From positions 224,001-288,000 of the forward strand of contig JBEULP010000117.1 in NCBI GenBank assembly GCA_041287245.1: a stretch of 64,000 bases of DNA, given 5' to 3'. Position 1 is the stretch's first letter. Each line of letters starts with the position of its first letter. The stretch is from Infirmifilum sp. (lineage in GTDB: Archaea; Thermoproteota; Thermoprotei; Thermofilales; Thermofilaceae). The notes below the pieces were generated by a model. It worked only from the letters and a program-made list of their open reading frames with translations, had not been told where the DNA came from and made no database searches. Below are positions 1 through 9,161 of the stretch, in pieces. The position numbers and the translations under genes were made by a program.

Positions 1-355
1 CTTTGAGTAGCTTAACCTTCTTATTATTAACAATACTCCCATGGGGCCTTAGCCCTCCGGAAAAGCTGCTTGGAATGTGGAGAAGCTCATGAATAACGAC
101 CTCTACCTTTTTTTCAAAGACGAGTCTGTCGAATCTTTCAGAAACAACTTCAATAACGTAAAGGGGTTGAAGATTAAAAGCTACCTGAAATGGCCTCGGC
201 AAACCATATATCCGCGCAACAGCCATGCTATGAGAACCATAGCTCCTCAAAAAGCCTAGATTTTCTATTCGTATCCACTTCATCTTCAGTTTTTTCACAA
301 TATCTTGTGCGAGGAGTTTAACATCCTCAGCCGGCTCATATTTAACGCGAGGCAT
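1..355 (-). CDS. Putative zinc metallopeptidase (archaeal COG4900-like); runs off the window start
   Basis: Not in the ORF track. Manual translation from ATG at 355: MPRVKYEPAEDVKLLAQDIVKKLKMKWIRIENLGFLRSYGSHSMAVARIYGLPRPFQVAFNLQPLYVIEVVSERFDRLVFEKKVEVVIHELLHIPSSFSGGLRPHG..., with HExxH motif HELLH; open to position 1. Confidence 0.85.
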   Translation of the reverse strand, partial: MPRVKYEPAEDVKLLAQDIVKKLKMKWIRIENLGFLRSYGSHSMAVARIYGLPRPFQVAFNLQPLYVIEVVSERFDRLVFEKKVEVVIHELLHIPSSFSGGLRPHGSIVNNKKVKLLK

Positions 356-536
356 ACTGTTTTCCTGATCCGAACGCCTATGCTCATCTTAAGCATTCTC
401 CTATGGATTTACTTTCTTGCTATTTTCTTCAAGTTTAATATCTACTAAGAAATTTTCAAGCTGTTCTCGATGATAGAAACAGGTAAGGATTATGGGGTTA
501 TAGAGTGCACCGTGTTATTCATCTACAACGGTTAGC

Positions 537-923
537 CTACTCCTGGTCTACTTCCATTATCGAAGAAAGTGTTTTTCGAAAATCATTAATCTTGCTAATG
601 ATTGCCATCACAGTTGTTTTGCCAAATAGTCCATACTCTACATAAGATCTGAGGATCAGTTTCCCATCTTTAACCTCTACGTCTACGTCTTTTTGTTCTA
701 GAAGCTGCGATGGCATGGTTTCAGTCTCAAGTTCAGCGTACATCATGACCTTCACGTTTTTTCCAAACGACACTATCTCGGCTGTCATGTACTTGTCCAA
801 TGCCAAGACATCCCACCGGCTATTTGGCTCTAGCTGTGTCAAAACCCTGTAAAGATCTCTGAAGCCCTCCACTAGAATAAATTTGATACCTTCGATCTCA
901 AAGGATCTTGAGCCAGCTGACAC
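537..923 (-). CDS. Hypothetical protein
   Basis: 128 aa ORF with protein-like composition and AT-rich TATA-like element upstream; no motif recognised. Confidence 0.7.
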   Translation of the reverse strand: MSAGSRSFEIEGIKFILVEGFRDLYRVLTQLEPNSRWDVLALDKYMTAEIVSFGKNVKVMMYAELETETMPSQLLEQKDVDVEVKDGKLILRSYVEYGLFGKTTVMAIISKINDFRKTLSSIMEVDQE

Positions 924-1012
924 TATTTCAATCCGATGTTCAATTACCCACTCTATATTAAATTGTTTTTCTTGTAGAGCGAAACATATAAGCCCTCAAC
1001 CGTGAATATCAT

Positions 1013-1267
1013 ATGCCAGCTCGTAAACGCTATATTGTGAAACTGGGTGAGGACGGTACTCTAAGAATACCCGGCGCGTTGCTTGAGGAACTCGGCGTTA
1101 CTGCCGGCGCTTATGTAACTATTACACGCGAGGGGTCAGGATTGATCTTAAGATTTCGGGCAAAAAGAGTTCCAATAAAGCTTGGGAGGCAGATTACGAC
1201 CATAGAGATGGAGAAGTTAATAAAGGAAGCGTTAGATGAACTGGTGGTGGCCAGATGGGAGACATAA
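1013..1267 (+). CDS. AbrB/MazE/SpoVT-fold antitoxin (VapB-like)
   Basis: VKLGEDGTLRIPGALLEELGVTAG AbrB-type pattern; overlaps the downstream PIN gene. Confidence 0.85.
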   Translation: MPARKRYIVKLGEDGTLRIPGALLEELGVTAGAYVTITREGSGLILRFRAKRVPIKLGRQITTIEMEKLIKEALDELVVARWET

Positions 1268-1674
1268 GTAGGATAGTTGTGGATACAGATATATTACTGC
1301 ATGATACCTTTGAAGACAGTGAAAAGCATACAGAAGCCTCGGAAATTTTAGACGAGGCCGACAGGATCTATTTAGCATCCATCGTGACACATGAGTATCT
1401 GTGGCTACTGCTTACGAAGTTTAAGATTGACATTGAGGTAGTCCGTGAAAAGCTTGAGGAATATTTTAGCGACTCTCGTTTTATATATATAAGCGAGAAC
1501 AGTGAAGTTTTCCTTAAAGCGCTTGAATGGATGCGTGATGATAGAGCGGATCCTACGATGATTAATGACTATATCATTCTTGTTCTGGCACAAAGGCTCG
1601 GAGCATCTCTTGCCACTTACGATGATGAACTTAAAGAGATCGCACGAAGAAGAGGTCTTACGGTAATGCCATAG
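1255..1674 (+). CDS. PIN-domain toxin (VapC family)
   Basis: IVVDTDIL N-terminal Asp, conserved E (THE), NDY and LATYDDEL acidic residues; coupled to the AbrB-fold gene. Confidence 0.9.
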   Translation: MGDISRIVVDTDILLHDTFEDSEKHTEASEILDEADRIYLASIVTHEYLWLLLTKFKIDIEVVREKLEEYFSDSRFIYISENSEVFLKALEWMRDDRADPTMINDYIILVLAQRLGASLATYDDELKEIARRRGLTVMP

Positions 1675-1796
1675 CGGACGATTTTTTCTTAGTTTTTCTC
1701 GAGTAAGTGATTTTAGTATTCTCCGGAGTAGGAACTATAAGATAGACAGGTTTATTTTCAAGTATATTATTCACTGCACTGAGGACGGATCTCGAA

Positions 1797-3080
1797 ATGG
1801 AAAAGAGGATAATATTAGTGCTTGCTGTCCTAGCGCTAGTTGGCTTTTTAGGGGGACTTTATCTTACAGGGACTCTGAAGTTCCCAACTCAAAACCCTTC
1901 TGCGTCATGCCCCACACCGTCCATCGTGTATGTATACGAAACTGAAGCACAGAAGAATGCGGCTGACTCGATTACATCTACTTTTAAAACTGTGTTGAAT
2001 AACTACGGTATAAACATAATCAATGTCCCCGTATGTACTATTCCAGCAAGCGCACTTCCTCAAAAGCTAAGGGTTTATCCTGCCTTACTTTACAAGGGGA
2101 ACATTTCAGCCTTACGCATGTACACTACGGGAAGTATAGGAGACTATAATATCCTTGCACCGACCATCTCGGCTACATTTGCCTACTACCAAGGTGTGAA
2201 GGTAACATTTGGAGTTACAGTTGAGGCGTTGATAGTTGAAGGTAGCTCGCCTTATTCAAAGCTAAATGTAAGCGACGAAACCCTCAAGGATATGTTAGCT
2301 CAGGTGGCCATAGCAAACATTGCGAAGATAACCCGTGTAAAACCTGAGGAAATAGGAGTAACCCCGCTTTATCTTCCGACAACAGTGTTTAAATCTGATT
2401 ACAACCTATCACAAGGAGTAAAATACCTTGTAAAACTGAAGGACAACATATATGGGTTATCAAACGAGACTCAGCTATCCTTGCTTTCATACCTTGGAAT
2501 AAGCGTGTATGAGATCAGAACGCCTCCTGCGCCGATATTAAACAAAGGGGTTCCCTACGGAAGTAATGCGACTGTCACCCTCTACCTCCTAGAGGATTAC
2601 CACTGTCCCTTCTGCGCCGACTTATTCAATAGTGTTGGAAACGAGTTTCAATCCATTGTAAGGCAGGGGAAACTCCAGCTCGTATTTGTTGATCTAATTG
2701 TTCATCCTGAGGTGATCGAAATGCATGCTTTTACTAAATGCATCTATAATATGACGGGCAGTGGCGAGGTTTATTTTAATATAACAAGAGACTTGTATCG
2801 CATTGGAACATCAACTACGATAAATGATTCAAAATCTATAGCGTTAAGATATTTGTCCCAAGGGATCGTTACGAAGGCGCAAGAATGCGCTAACGCAACC
2901 GTTAATGATGTTCGACAGAATGCGCAGCAGATCACAAGTATCGGCTTTACTGGGACACCGACACTGATATTCTGGAACAACTCTACACGAAAGGGAATAG
3001 TTATTGAAGGATGCTTACAGGTTCACCCATGCTTGACGCAGCAGCAGCTGGAACAGATACTTGCATGGTTAGGTAGCTAA
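1797..3080 (+). CDS. Membrane-anchored extracellular DsbA/thioredoxin-fold protein
   Basis: N-terminal hydrophobic anchor; C-terminal domain with DYHCPFC and GFTGTPT (cis-Pro loop); several N-x-S/T sequons. Confidence 0.85.
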   Translation: MEKRIILVLAVLALVGFLGGLYLTGTLKFPTQNPSASCPTPSIVYVYETEAQKNAADSITSTFKTVLNNYGINIINVPVCTIPASALPQKLRVYPALLYKGNISALRMYTTGSIGDYNILAPTISATFAYYQGVKVTFGVTVEALIVEGSSPYSKLNVSDETLKDMLAQVAIANIAKITRVKPEEIGVTPLYLPTTVFKSDYNLSQGVKYLVKLKDNIYGLSNETQLSLLSYLGISVYEIRTPPAPILNKGVPYGSNATVTLYLLEDYHCPFCADLFNSVGNEFQSIVRQGKLQLVFVDLIVHPEVIEMHAFTKCIYNMTGSGEVYFNITRDLYRIGTSTTINDSKSIALRYLSQGIVTKAQECANATVNDVRQNAQQITSIGFTGTPTLIFWNNSTRKGIVIEGCLQVHPCLTQQQLEQILAWLGS

Positions 3081-3185
3081 GAACTATTACGTAAGTCCTT
3101 TTTTAGCTTAGAATGGTTAGAGCCTAATATTTTGAATATTTTATAGCGAAAATCTTATATATTGGAATTCAATCCAATTACCAAA

Positions 3186-3707
3186 ATGAACTCGAGAGAA
3201 CTTGCTGTCGCCGCCGTCTTCGTATCGTTAAGTGTCTCACTGAGAATAGTCAAGAATGCATTAACCTCAATCCAATTTCTAAATATCCCCTTATTATTTG
3301 CACTTGTCGCCTCAGCAATTTATGGTTCAAAAATTGGTTTCCTAGTAGGATTTTTCTCCTACTTTCTCTCGGATTTGATGATATTTCCAGGCATTTGGAC
3401 CCTAGTAAACTCTACTTGTGCTGGCTTAACAGCATTTTTCTATCATTTTGTGGCGAAGAGTTCTGAAGGGAAAACAGTACATTTTGTTGTGACATTTTTA
3501 TTTCTTCTAGCTTTCGATGTTATAACTTCAACCTTGCTCTACATTGCTTTTGGACTGGAATTTTTAAAGGCTGTTATATTTTCTTTCGTGGGGCTCTTCC
3601 TACCCGTTATGGGAGGCTATCTTATTGGGGTAGGTCCTTTGACCGAAGCACTAACATCACTGCTAGTAGTTCTGCTTATAGAGGAGATTATTAAGAGAAA
3701 AATATAA
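3186..3707 (+). CDS. ECF transporter S component
   Basis: Small highly hydrophobic protein; MNSRELAVAAVFVSL start with AxxxS-type helix and IYGSKIGFLVG...YFLSD pattern; ATG 3186 is about 25 nt after CTTATATA (ORF track start 3162). Confidence 0.8.
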   Translation: MNSRELAVAAVFVSLSVSLRIVKNALTSIQFLNIPLLFALVASAIYGSKIGFLVGFFSYFLSDLMIFPGIWTLVNSTCAGLTAFFYHFVAKSSEGKTVHFVVTFLFLLAFDVITSTLLYIAFGLEFLKAVIFSFVGLFLPVMGGYLIGVGPLTEALTSLLVVLLIEEIIKRKI

Positions 3708-3732
3708 ATATTGGATAAAAAACCAGTTATCC

Positions 3733-4191
3733 GTGAGCTCTAAAAATCAACAGCTCGTTTTAGTGATCTTGTTGATATGGGCTTTAATAGCGAGTGCTGC
3801 AGCAAGCTACCTCTATCTCGAGAATGAATATCTAAACAGGGAAATATCGGCAATTGGAACCAAGTATGTGAAGGTCAATATTGGCATTAATTATGGTAAC
3901 GGAACAATCGCCTGGTACAATCAGACTTTACTCCCCAAAGGTGCTACGGCTCTTACAGCTCTTCTAACTGTTGCACGGGTTGAGTATAAGATAGGAACGT
4001 GGGGAGCCTATGTTACCAGTGTTAATGGAGTCGCTGAAAAAATATTATCGAACAACGAGGGGTACTCTTGGATGTGGTATAGATACGCTTCAGACAAGGG
4101 AAAGCTTGTTCAGGGGGAGGTGGCTGCTGATAAATATAAATTAACCGAAGGCGAAACAATTGTATGGAGTTATGAGCACTGGAAATTCTGA
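3733..4191 (+). CDS. Membrane-anchored DUF4430 (transcobalamin C-terminal-like beta-grasp) protein
   Basis: N-terminal TM, then GAYVTSVNGV...WMWY...GEVAADKYKLTEGETIVWSY, typical of DUF4430. Confidence 0.8.
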   Translation: MSSKNQQLVLVILLIWALIASAAASYLYLENEYLNREISAIGTKYVKVNIGINYGNGTIAWYNQTLLPKGATALTALLTVARVEYKIGTWGAYVTSVNGVAEKILSNNEGYSWMWYRYASDKGKLVQGEVAADKYKLTEGETIVWSYEHWKF

Positions 4192-4792
4192 GGAGCAACT
4201 CCTTTTATTGCTTTTTCTCTACTTTAACAGAGATTACTTTGGGAGATCCGGTCTTGCCAGAGCTCTCCAAGTGGGTGAAGGTAGGCTTAGGAGGCTACTT
4301 GCAGAATTAGCGGATGTCGGGTTTATAGTGAAGGTAAGAGCTGGTACAAGGCTCACTGCGAGAGGGGTTAGTGAGGTTGAGCGATATTTGCTGCAAAAAG
4401 GTGTGGTTGGGGTTTTCCTATCAAGTGCTGAGGAACTTGGATCGGAAGTTGCGGTAGTAGCATATACTCTGGTGGGTTATAGTCCCAGCATACGAATAGT
4501 GGAGCTTAGGGACGAGGCGGTTAGAGGAGGTGCTAGGGGGGCAGTGCTACTAAGATATGAAGATGGGAAACTTATCGTGCCTCCTATCGAAGAAGACTTT
4601 TGTGTTTATGCAAAGACGTTGTGTAGAAACATCATGAGACGGAAGGAGCCAAAGCAAGGATCACTTGTCATAACCGTATTTGGAGACAGTCTTAAGGATG
4701 CAGTCCAAGGACTGGTCAGACTCCTTGAAAGCAGGTACTACCTTGCCTTAATCCATCCATCCAAAACACCTGGAAGCTCGGCTAAAGTGTAA
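4172..4792 (+). CDS. HTH regulator with DUF4443-like C-terminal domain
   Basis: GRSGLARALQVGEGRLRRLL HTH and LRDEAVRGGARGA motif; ATG 4172 preferred to TTG 4160. Confidence 0.7.
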   Translation: MSTGNSEEQLLLLLFLYFNRDYFGRSGLARALQVGEGRLRRLLAELADVGFIVKVRAGTRLTARGVSEVERYLLQKGVVGVFLSSAEELGSEVAVVAYTLVGYSPSIRIVELRDEAVRGGARGAVLLRYEDGKLIVPPIEEDFCVYAKTLCRNIMRRKEPKQGSLVITVFGDSLKDAVQGLVRLLESRYYLALIHPSKTPGSSAKV

Positions 4793-5454
4793 ATGTAAGC
4801 GTCAGCTGCGCTCGCCTTTGTCTTCGCGTATTTCAAAACCTGAATGGTTTTAAACCCTGCTCTCTGGGCACCCTCGATATCAGCGATTGGGTCGTCCCCC
4901 ACATGTACGCATTTAGGCGGCTCTGTACCCATAAGCTTGGAGGCTAACTGGAATATCTCTTTTGCAGGTTTTTTCCAGGATACAGCCTGGGAAGCAATAA
5001 GAACATCAACATAATCTATTATCCCAGTCTCTCGAAGCCTTTTCGAGACAATATCGTAGCTGCCTACATTCGTAATGATTCCAATACGTAGTCCCCGCTC
5101 TCGTAAGGCTGAGAGGACGCTATTAGCATCAGGATCCAGTTTAAAGCCACTCACATACGCTTTGAGTATTTCGAGGTAAAGTTTCTCGGATACAAGTGGT
5201 CTTGGAATAACCCCTATCTCGCGTAGAAAAAACATGGAACGAATCAGATCCCACTCTTCTAAATAGTCAAACCAGTTGCCAGTCTTTTCCCAGATCTTAA
5301 GAACCTCTGCTTCACTTAACTCCTTGTTAAATTCTCTTTTTACAAATTGTGTCAGGGTCTTCGCCAAAGCTTGTTTAAACCCTACATCGTAAACTAGTGT
5401 TCCTCCCATGTCGAAAAAAACTGCTTCAACAGTACGGCTCACAGGGGAATACAA
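4738..5454 (-). CDS. HAD-superfamily hydrolase
   Basis: FFDMGGTL motif I, ITN motif II, KKP motif III, HVGDDPIADIEGA motif IV. Confidence 0.92.
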   Translation of the reverse strand: MYSPVSRTVEAVFFDMGGTLVYDVGFKQALAKTLTQFVKREFNKELSEAEVLKIWEKTGNWFDYLEEWDLIRSMFFLREIGVIPRPLVSEKLYLEILKAYVSGFKLDPDANSVLSALRERGLRIGIITNVGSYDIVSKRLRETGIIDYVDVLIASQAVSWKKPAKEIFQLASKLMGTEPPKCVHVGDDPIADIEGAQRAGFKTIQVLKYAKTKASAADAYIYTLAELPGVLDGWIKAR

Positions 5455-5552
5455 CCCCCGCTCTTTATATTCTTAATCAATCACGATAGCTGTGCATGAG
5501 AGAAAAACTTTATAGTGGCGTTATATTTCTGCTTAATAGACTTGTGATCTTC

Positions 5553-6206
5553 ATGGAAGATTTTCATCAGGATGCCACTAGGCTAGTTTCAAAGGGTAGG
5601 ATTAAAGCCCTTTTGTCCGAAGAAGGAGAAATATTATACCTCGATATTGACGGAAGTATATACGAGGGGGTGGGGGATAGAGTCCCGGTACCTCTCTGGA
5701 GGTTGAGGAGATTAAAACTTAAAGACATTCCTCCCAATGTGTTTATCGAGCCTGTGGAGAGAATACAAGAGAACATTATTTACACTCTCCGCTACTCACC
5801 TAGATTATTCTTTGATGCTAGGTTTAGCTACGGTAACGTTAAAGTCGAGGTTACGGAGTGGGCGCAAACATGGGACGGCTACATAGGATTCTATGCTTAT
5901 ATGGAATCTCTCGCATCAATATTAGAAGAAGCAGAAGAAACAGGGTTTATAAGAGATCTTAACGTGGACTTTTCAGACGACTCTTTTTATATCTCTTTCA
6001 CAATAGACCTGCCAAAGGAGATGACCATTCTGAGAGCTATCAAGGTTACCAAAAGTATTCTACAGCTAGTTGATCACGAGACAGAATACCACGCTGCCCT
6101 GTTGGCCCTTAGAGAGGCGAGGAAAATATTGAAAAGAGGCAAGCAAAAACACTACTCTGCGTTTATTGAAAAGCTTGAGAAGATCTACAAGCGCTATGAG
6201 CTGTAA
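5553..6206 (+). CDS. Hypothetical protein
   Basis: Long ORF (track start 5496; ATG 5553 also plausible); no motif recognised. Confidence 0.7.
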   Translation: MEDFHQDATRLVSKGRIKALLSEEGEILYLDIDGSIYEGVGDRVPVPLWRLRRLKLKDIPPNVFIEPVERIQENIIYTLRYSPRLFFDARFSYGNVKVEVTEWAQTWDGYIGFYAYMESLASILEEAEETGFIRDLNVDFSDDSFYISFTIDLPKEMTILRAIKVTKSILQLVDHETEYHAALLALREARKILKRGKQKHYSAFIEKLEKIYKRYEL

Positions 6207-6284
6207 TGCTCCTCTGATTCTTTTTCTAAAACATAAACTAGCAAAAAGCATATTTATCAAAGCTCTCTAACCCCTTTGAAACAA

Positions 6285-6785
6285 ATGCTTGACGAGAAGG
6301 ATTTAGCCATCCTGGAGGCGCTTCAAGAAAATGCAAGGTTAACGGTTAAAGAGCTAAGCAAGAAAATAGGATCTCCTATAACCACCGCTCACGCAAGGCT
6401 CAAGAGATTGGAGAGAGAGGGTTACATAAAGGCGTACCGCGCAATCCTTGAGCCCAAAAAATTGGGTTTTCCAACAATCGCGTTTATCTTTGTAAGCTTC
6501 GCGAAAATACAAGGCATAGATCAGCGAAAAGTGGCGGAGGCTATAGGTAAGTTCCCAGAAGTACAAGAGGTTCACATAATCACCGGTGAATGGGATATTT
6601 TGGTTAAAGTGCGCGTGAAAAGTGTTGATGAGCTAGGGGATTTTGTAGTAAACAAACTCAGAAACATAGAAGGAGTTGAAAAGACCTATACTTCAGTTGT
6701 ACTTGAAAACGTGAAGGAGACAACCAAACTGCCTGTTAGCAAGCTACCCGGACACGCCTCCAGAGAAAAAACCGAGGAAAAATAA
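6285..6785 (+). CDS. Lrp/AsnC family transcriptional regulator
   Basis: MLDEKDLAILEALQENAR...RLKRLEREGYIKAY HTH; RAM domain ITGEWDILVKV. Confidence 0.95.
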   Translation: MLDEKDLAILEALQENARLTVKELSKKIGSPITTAHARLKRLEREGYIKAYRAILEPKKLGFPTIAFIFVSFAKIQGIDQRKVAEAIGKFPEVQEVHIITGEWDILVKVRVKSVDELGDFVVNKLRNIEGVEKTYTSVVLENVKETTKLPVSKLPGHASREKTEEK

Positions 6786-6835
6786 GTTTACGAAACTCCT
6801 ATAAACACCCATGGTTTTGAGATTGCGGGGTTCTT

Positions 6836-7270
6836 GTGAAGAAAATCTACTTTGCGGCTCCAATGAGGGGAGTTAGGGACGCCTTGAATGAAAGTAGGGC
6901 TATACTTAAAAGGCTTGAAGAGTGCGGAAACCTAATTCTCACGAAGCACGTTGTAGAGGACGTTCTCGATACGGATAAAGGCTTAACGCACCAGGAGGTT
7001 TTTGCCAGGGATGTTCAACTCCTAGATGAAGCTGATCTCCTGATAGCCGAGGTATCATATCCCAGTCTTGGTGTGGGTTTTGAAATAGCCTATACTCTCT
7101 TAAAAGGCAAGCCTGTTGTAGCTTTAGTCAAGAAAGACCGGGTTGAAGCCCTATCATCTCTAATCAGGGGGATAACGTGGAGCAACTTTTACCTTATAGA
7201 GTATTCAGACCTGCGTGAGGCCTTTGAAGGTCTAGGGAAGCTTGGCCTTGTCAAGGGTGATTGCCTGTGA
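6836..7270 (+). CDS. Nucleoside 2-deoxyribosyltransferase / DNPH1-like nucleotide N-glycosidase
   Basis: IYFAAPMRG, RDVQLLDEAD, EVSYPSLGVGFEI motifs. Confidence 0.88.
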   Translation: MKKIYFAAPMRGVRDALNESRAILKRLEECGNLILTKHVVEDVLDTDKGLTHQEVFARDVQLLDEADLLIAEVSYPSLGVGFEIAYTLLKGKPVVALVKKDRVEALSSLIRGITWSNFYLIEYSDLREAFEGLGKLGLVKGDCL

Positions 7271-8040
7271 AGGCAGGCATAGTTATACTTGACAATGCCT
7301 CAAAACCCGAGTCATCTAGAAAGTGGCTTGAAGGTTATCTAAAGTCTATAGGTGTAGAGGTAAGCTCGTATCTTCTAAAGCTAGGCGATATTGATTATTT
7401 GAAGGAAATCTTCAGTCAAAACGACGCTTTAATCATTGTGGGCGCTGCGGGCGAGAAGAGTGTTGTCGGAAAGGTTGCTGAACTGCTTAACCTAGGCGTT
7501 GAGGTAAACGGTGAAGCGCTGGAAATGATTAGGAGCTACTATTCGGATCAGATTGATCTCCCAGAGCATGTTGAGGAAAAAGCTATGATGCCTGAGTTTA
7601 GCTTTGTTGTTCCCAACGAGCGAGGACCAGTACCAGGATTTGTTGCCTTTAGCCTCACTAATGATAAGTTCATCGCGGCAACCCCAGCAAGGTTTGAGGA
7701 AGCCGTCGAGTGTTTCGAAACCGGGATACAGGACTTTTTCAGGGCTAAAACCGGTAAAAAATATTCTGTAACGTTCACGCTCTACCTAGATGGAAGCATT
7801 GAGGAAGCCGAAAACATGGTTAGAAAACTTGAAACCCAGGCGGAAAACACCTTCATACGTCTTGATGCAAGATTTCTAGGCCGTGAAGGAGTGCCGATCG
7901 TCCTCACAGTTTACGCCGCAACACCCGAGGAGCTCTCGGATACGATGGCAAAACTGGAGGATTATTCTCATCGTTTGGCGCAGGAAATGGGAAAAAAGCT
8001 CATCGAAAAAACCCAGCCCGAACAGGAAGAAGAGTTTTAA
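7261..8040 (+). CDS. CinA N-terminal (molybdopterin-binding, COG1058-like) domain protein, divergent
   Basis: Pattern KWLEGYLKSIGVEV...LGD...EKAMMPE...PNERGPVPGF; the GGLGPTxDD motif is degenerate. Confidence 0.6.
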   Translation: MPVKAGIVILDNASKPESSRKWLEGYLKSIGVEVSSYLLKLGDIDYLKEIFSQNDALIIVGAAGEKSVVGKVAELLNLGVEVNGEALEMIRSYYSDQIDLPEHVEEKAMMPEFSFVVPNERGPVPGFVAFSLTNDKFIAATPARFEEAVECFETGIQDFFRAKTGKKYSVTFTLYLDGSIEEAENMVRKLETQAENTFIRLDARFLGREGVPIVLTVYAATPEELSDTMAKLEDYSHRLAQEMGKKLIEKTQPEQEEEF

Positions 8041-8069
8041 ATCCTCTACTCCTGCTTTTAAGGGTTATC

Positions 8070-8435
8070 ATGAGGGTATTGAATGCCAAAGACTACCAAG
8101 AGAGGTGGATAATAGTCTTCTCTGACTCTAACAAATGGCGGGCAGGGATATATATCCCCGAGAACAATTCTCTTGAGGAGATCATAATTCTCGAACGACA
8201 TAATAGACCAGAGCTTTTCACACTTCTCGAGGGCGAAATGATACTAGTGGTATCGGAGGATGGTGTGATGATTGATGAGGTTCCAATGAGGCAAGGGCAA
8301 ATCTACATAGTTGAGGAGTGGCATAACGCCTATATACCTAGAGGGAAAACCGGGAAAGCCCTCGTAATAGAGGCAGACGACATCGAGACCGAATATATGT
8401 TTATTAAACCGGCAGTTCGCTGTCGGGACCAGTGA
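8070..8435 (+). CDS. Cupin-fold hypothetical protein
   Basis: LERHNRPELFTLLEG and WHN metal-binding cupin-like motifs. Confidence 0.7.
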   Translation: MRVLNAKDYQERWIIVFSDSNKWRAGIYIPENNSLEEIIILERHNRPELFTLLEGEMILVVSEDGVMIDEVPMRQGQIYIVEEWHNAYIPRGKTGKALVIEADDIETEYMFIKPAVRCRDQ

Positions 8436-8463
8436 AGTTTAAAAAACGGGGCATGTTAAAAGG

Positions 8464-8522
8464 AAGTGATGATGAGTGAACTCCCCGTCTAGAGTGGATG
8501 AGGAGGTTTCTGGTCGCTGAAC
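8464..8522 (+). ncRNA. C/D-box sRNA candidate
   Basis: C box ATGATGA 8469-8475, D' TAGA 8490-8493 (degenerate), C' GGATGA 8496-8501, D CTGA 8517-8520, 14-15 nt guides; TTTAAAAA at 8438-8445. Confidence 0.65.
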
Positions 8523-8583
8523 AGATATTTTTACTAGGGTTGCCCCCCTACCCTAACAATCTCGGAGAGATAGTTTCTGGGGC

Positions 8584-8723
8584 TATTATATACCTTCAAG
8601 GTACCCAGATGTTTACGATGAAGGTGCGCCTCTGGACTACTATACGGAAAAAGATTCTAATTCATGCATATTGTGTGCACAAAAATAATAGAGTGGGTGA
8701 AAAACAATATCCCAAAAATTTGA
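8584..8723 (+). pseudogene. HEPN-domain toxin remnant (C-terminal part only, frameshifted)
   Basis: Reads YYIPSRYPDVYDEGAPLDYYTEKDSNSCILCAQK then stop; a 1-nt shift in the A run gives IIEWVKNNIPKI*; typical archaeal HEPN C-terminus; no N-terminal half found. Confidence 0.75.
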
Positions 8724-9093
8724 TGATTTAATCGAAAGATACAAGTTTTTTAAAACAAAAGTTATAATACTATTCGGATCCCGCGCGCGCGGAGACTATA
8801 CTGACAGAAGCGACTATGACATCCTAGTAGTGGCTGATGATCTTCCGCCCGATCCGCGGGAAGCCTACGTAAAGTTAGTGGTACCGGAACATCCAGAAGT
8901 TCATCCGGTGGGTATGAATACTGAGGTCTTTGTTAGAAAGCTTGCTCAGGGAAGCACTTTCCTACTCGAGATTCTTGATGAAGGAAAGATACTGTATGCT
9001 GATAACGCTTTTCTAGAGGATATAAGAAAAATCTGCGAGAAAGTTAGAAGCAGGTATGTTAGAAGAGATAAAACATGGGTTAGGATAAGCTAG
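8693..9093 (+). pseudogene. Minimal nucleotidyltransferase (MNT) antitoxin, apparently frameshifted near its 5' end
   Basis: Upstream of track ORF 8830 the frame reads VIILFGSRARGDYTDRSDYDILVV (GSxARG...SDxD) from 8761, but that frame is closed by TGA 8698-8700 with no ATG/GTG/TTG before the motif; GTG 8693 joins by a 1-nt shift near 8727. Confidence 0.75.
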
Positions 9094-9161
9094 GGTAGAC
9101 ATGGCGGATAGGATGAGAATCGAATGTCTCAATTTCTGAAAGCTCAGATGCACTAAACAAT

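Noticed and set aside
77..259. Plus-strand 60 aa ORF
   Set aside because: Shadow of the minus-strand HExxH metallopeptidase gene
8552..8563. 12-mer CCTAACAATCTC also present at 62051-62062
   Set aside because: Shared 12-mers are expected by chance in 64 kb
8498..8731. 77 aa ORF
   Set aside because: Overlaps the sRNA candidate and reads the HEPN remnant in the wrong frame; only its last codons probably belong to the MNT 5' end
9082..9139. Possible C/D-box sRNA (CGGA 9105, AGGATGA 9110, CTGA 9136)
   Set aside because: The would-be C box (AGGATAA) lacks the terminal GA and the second guide is long and AT-rich
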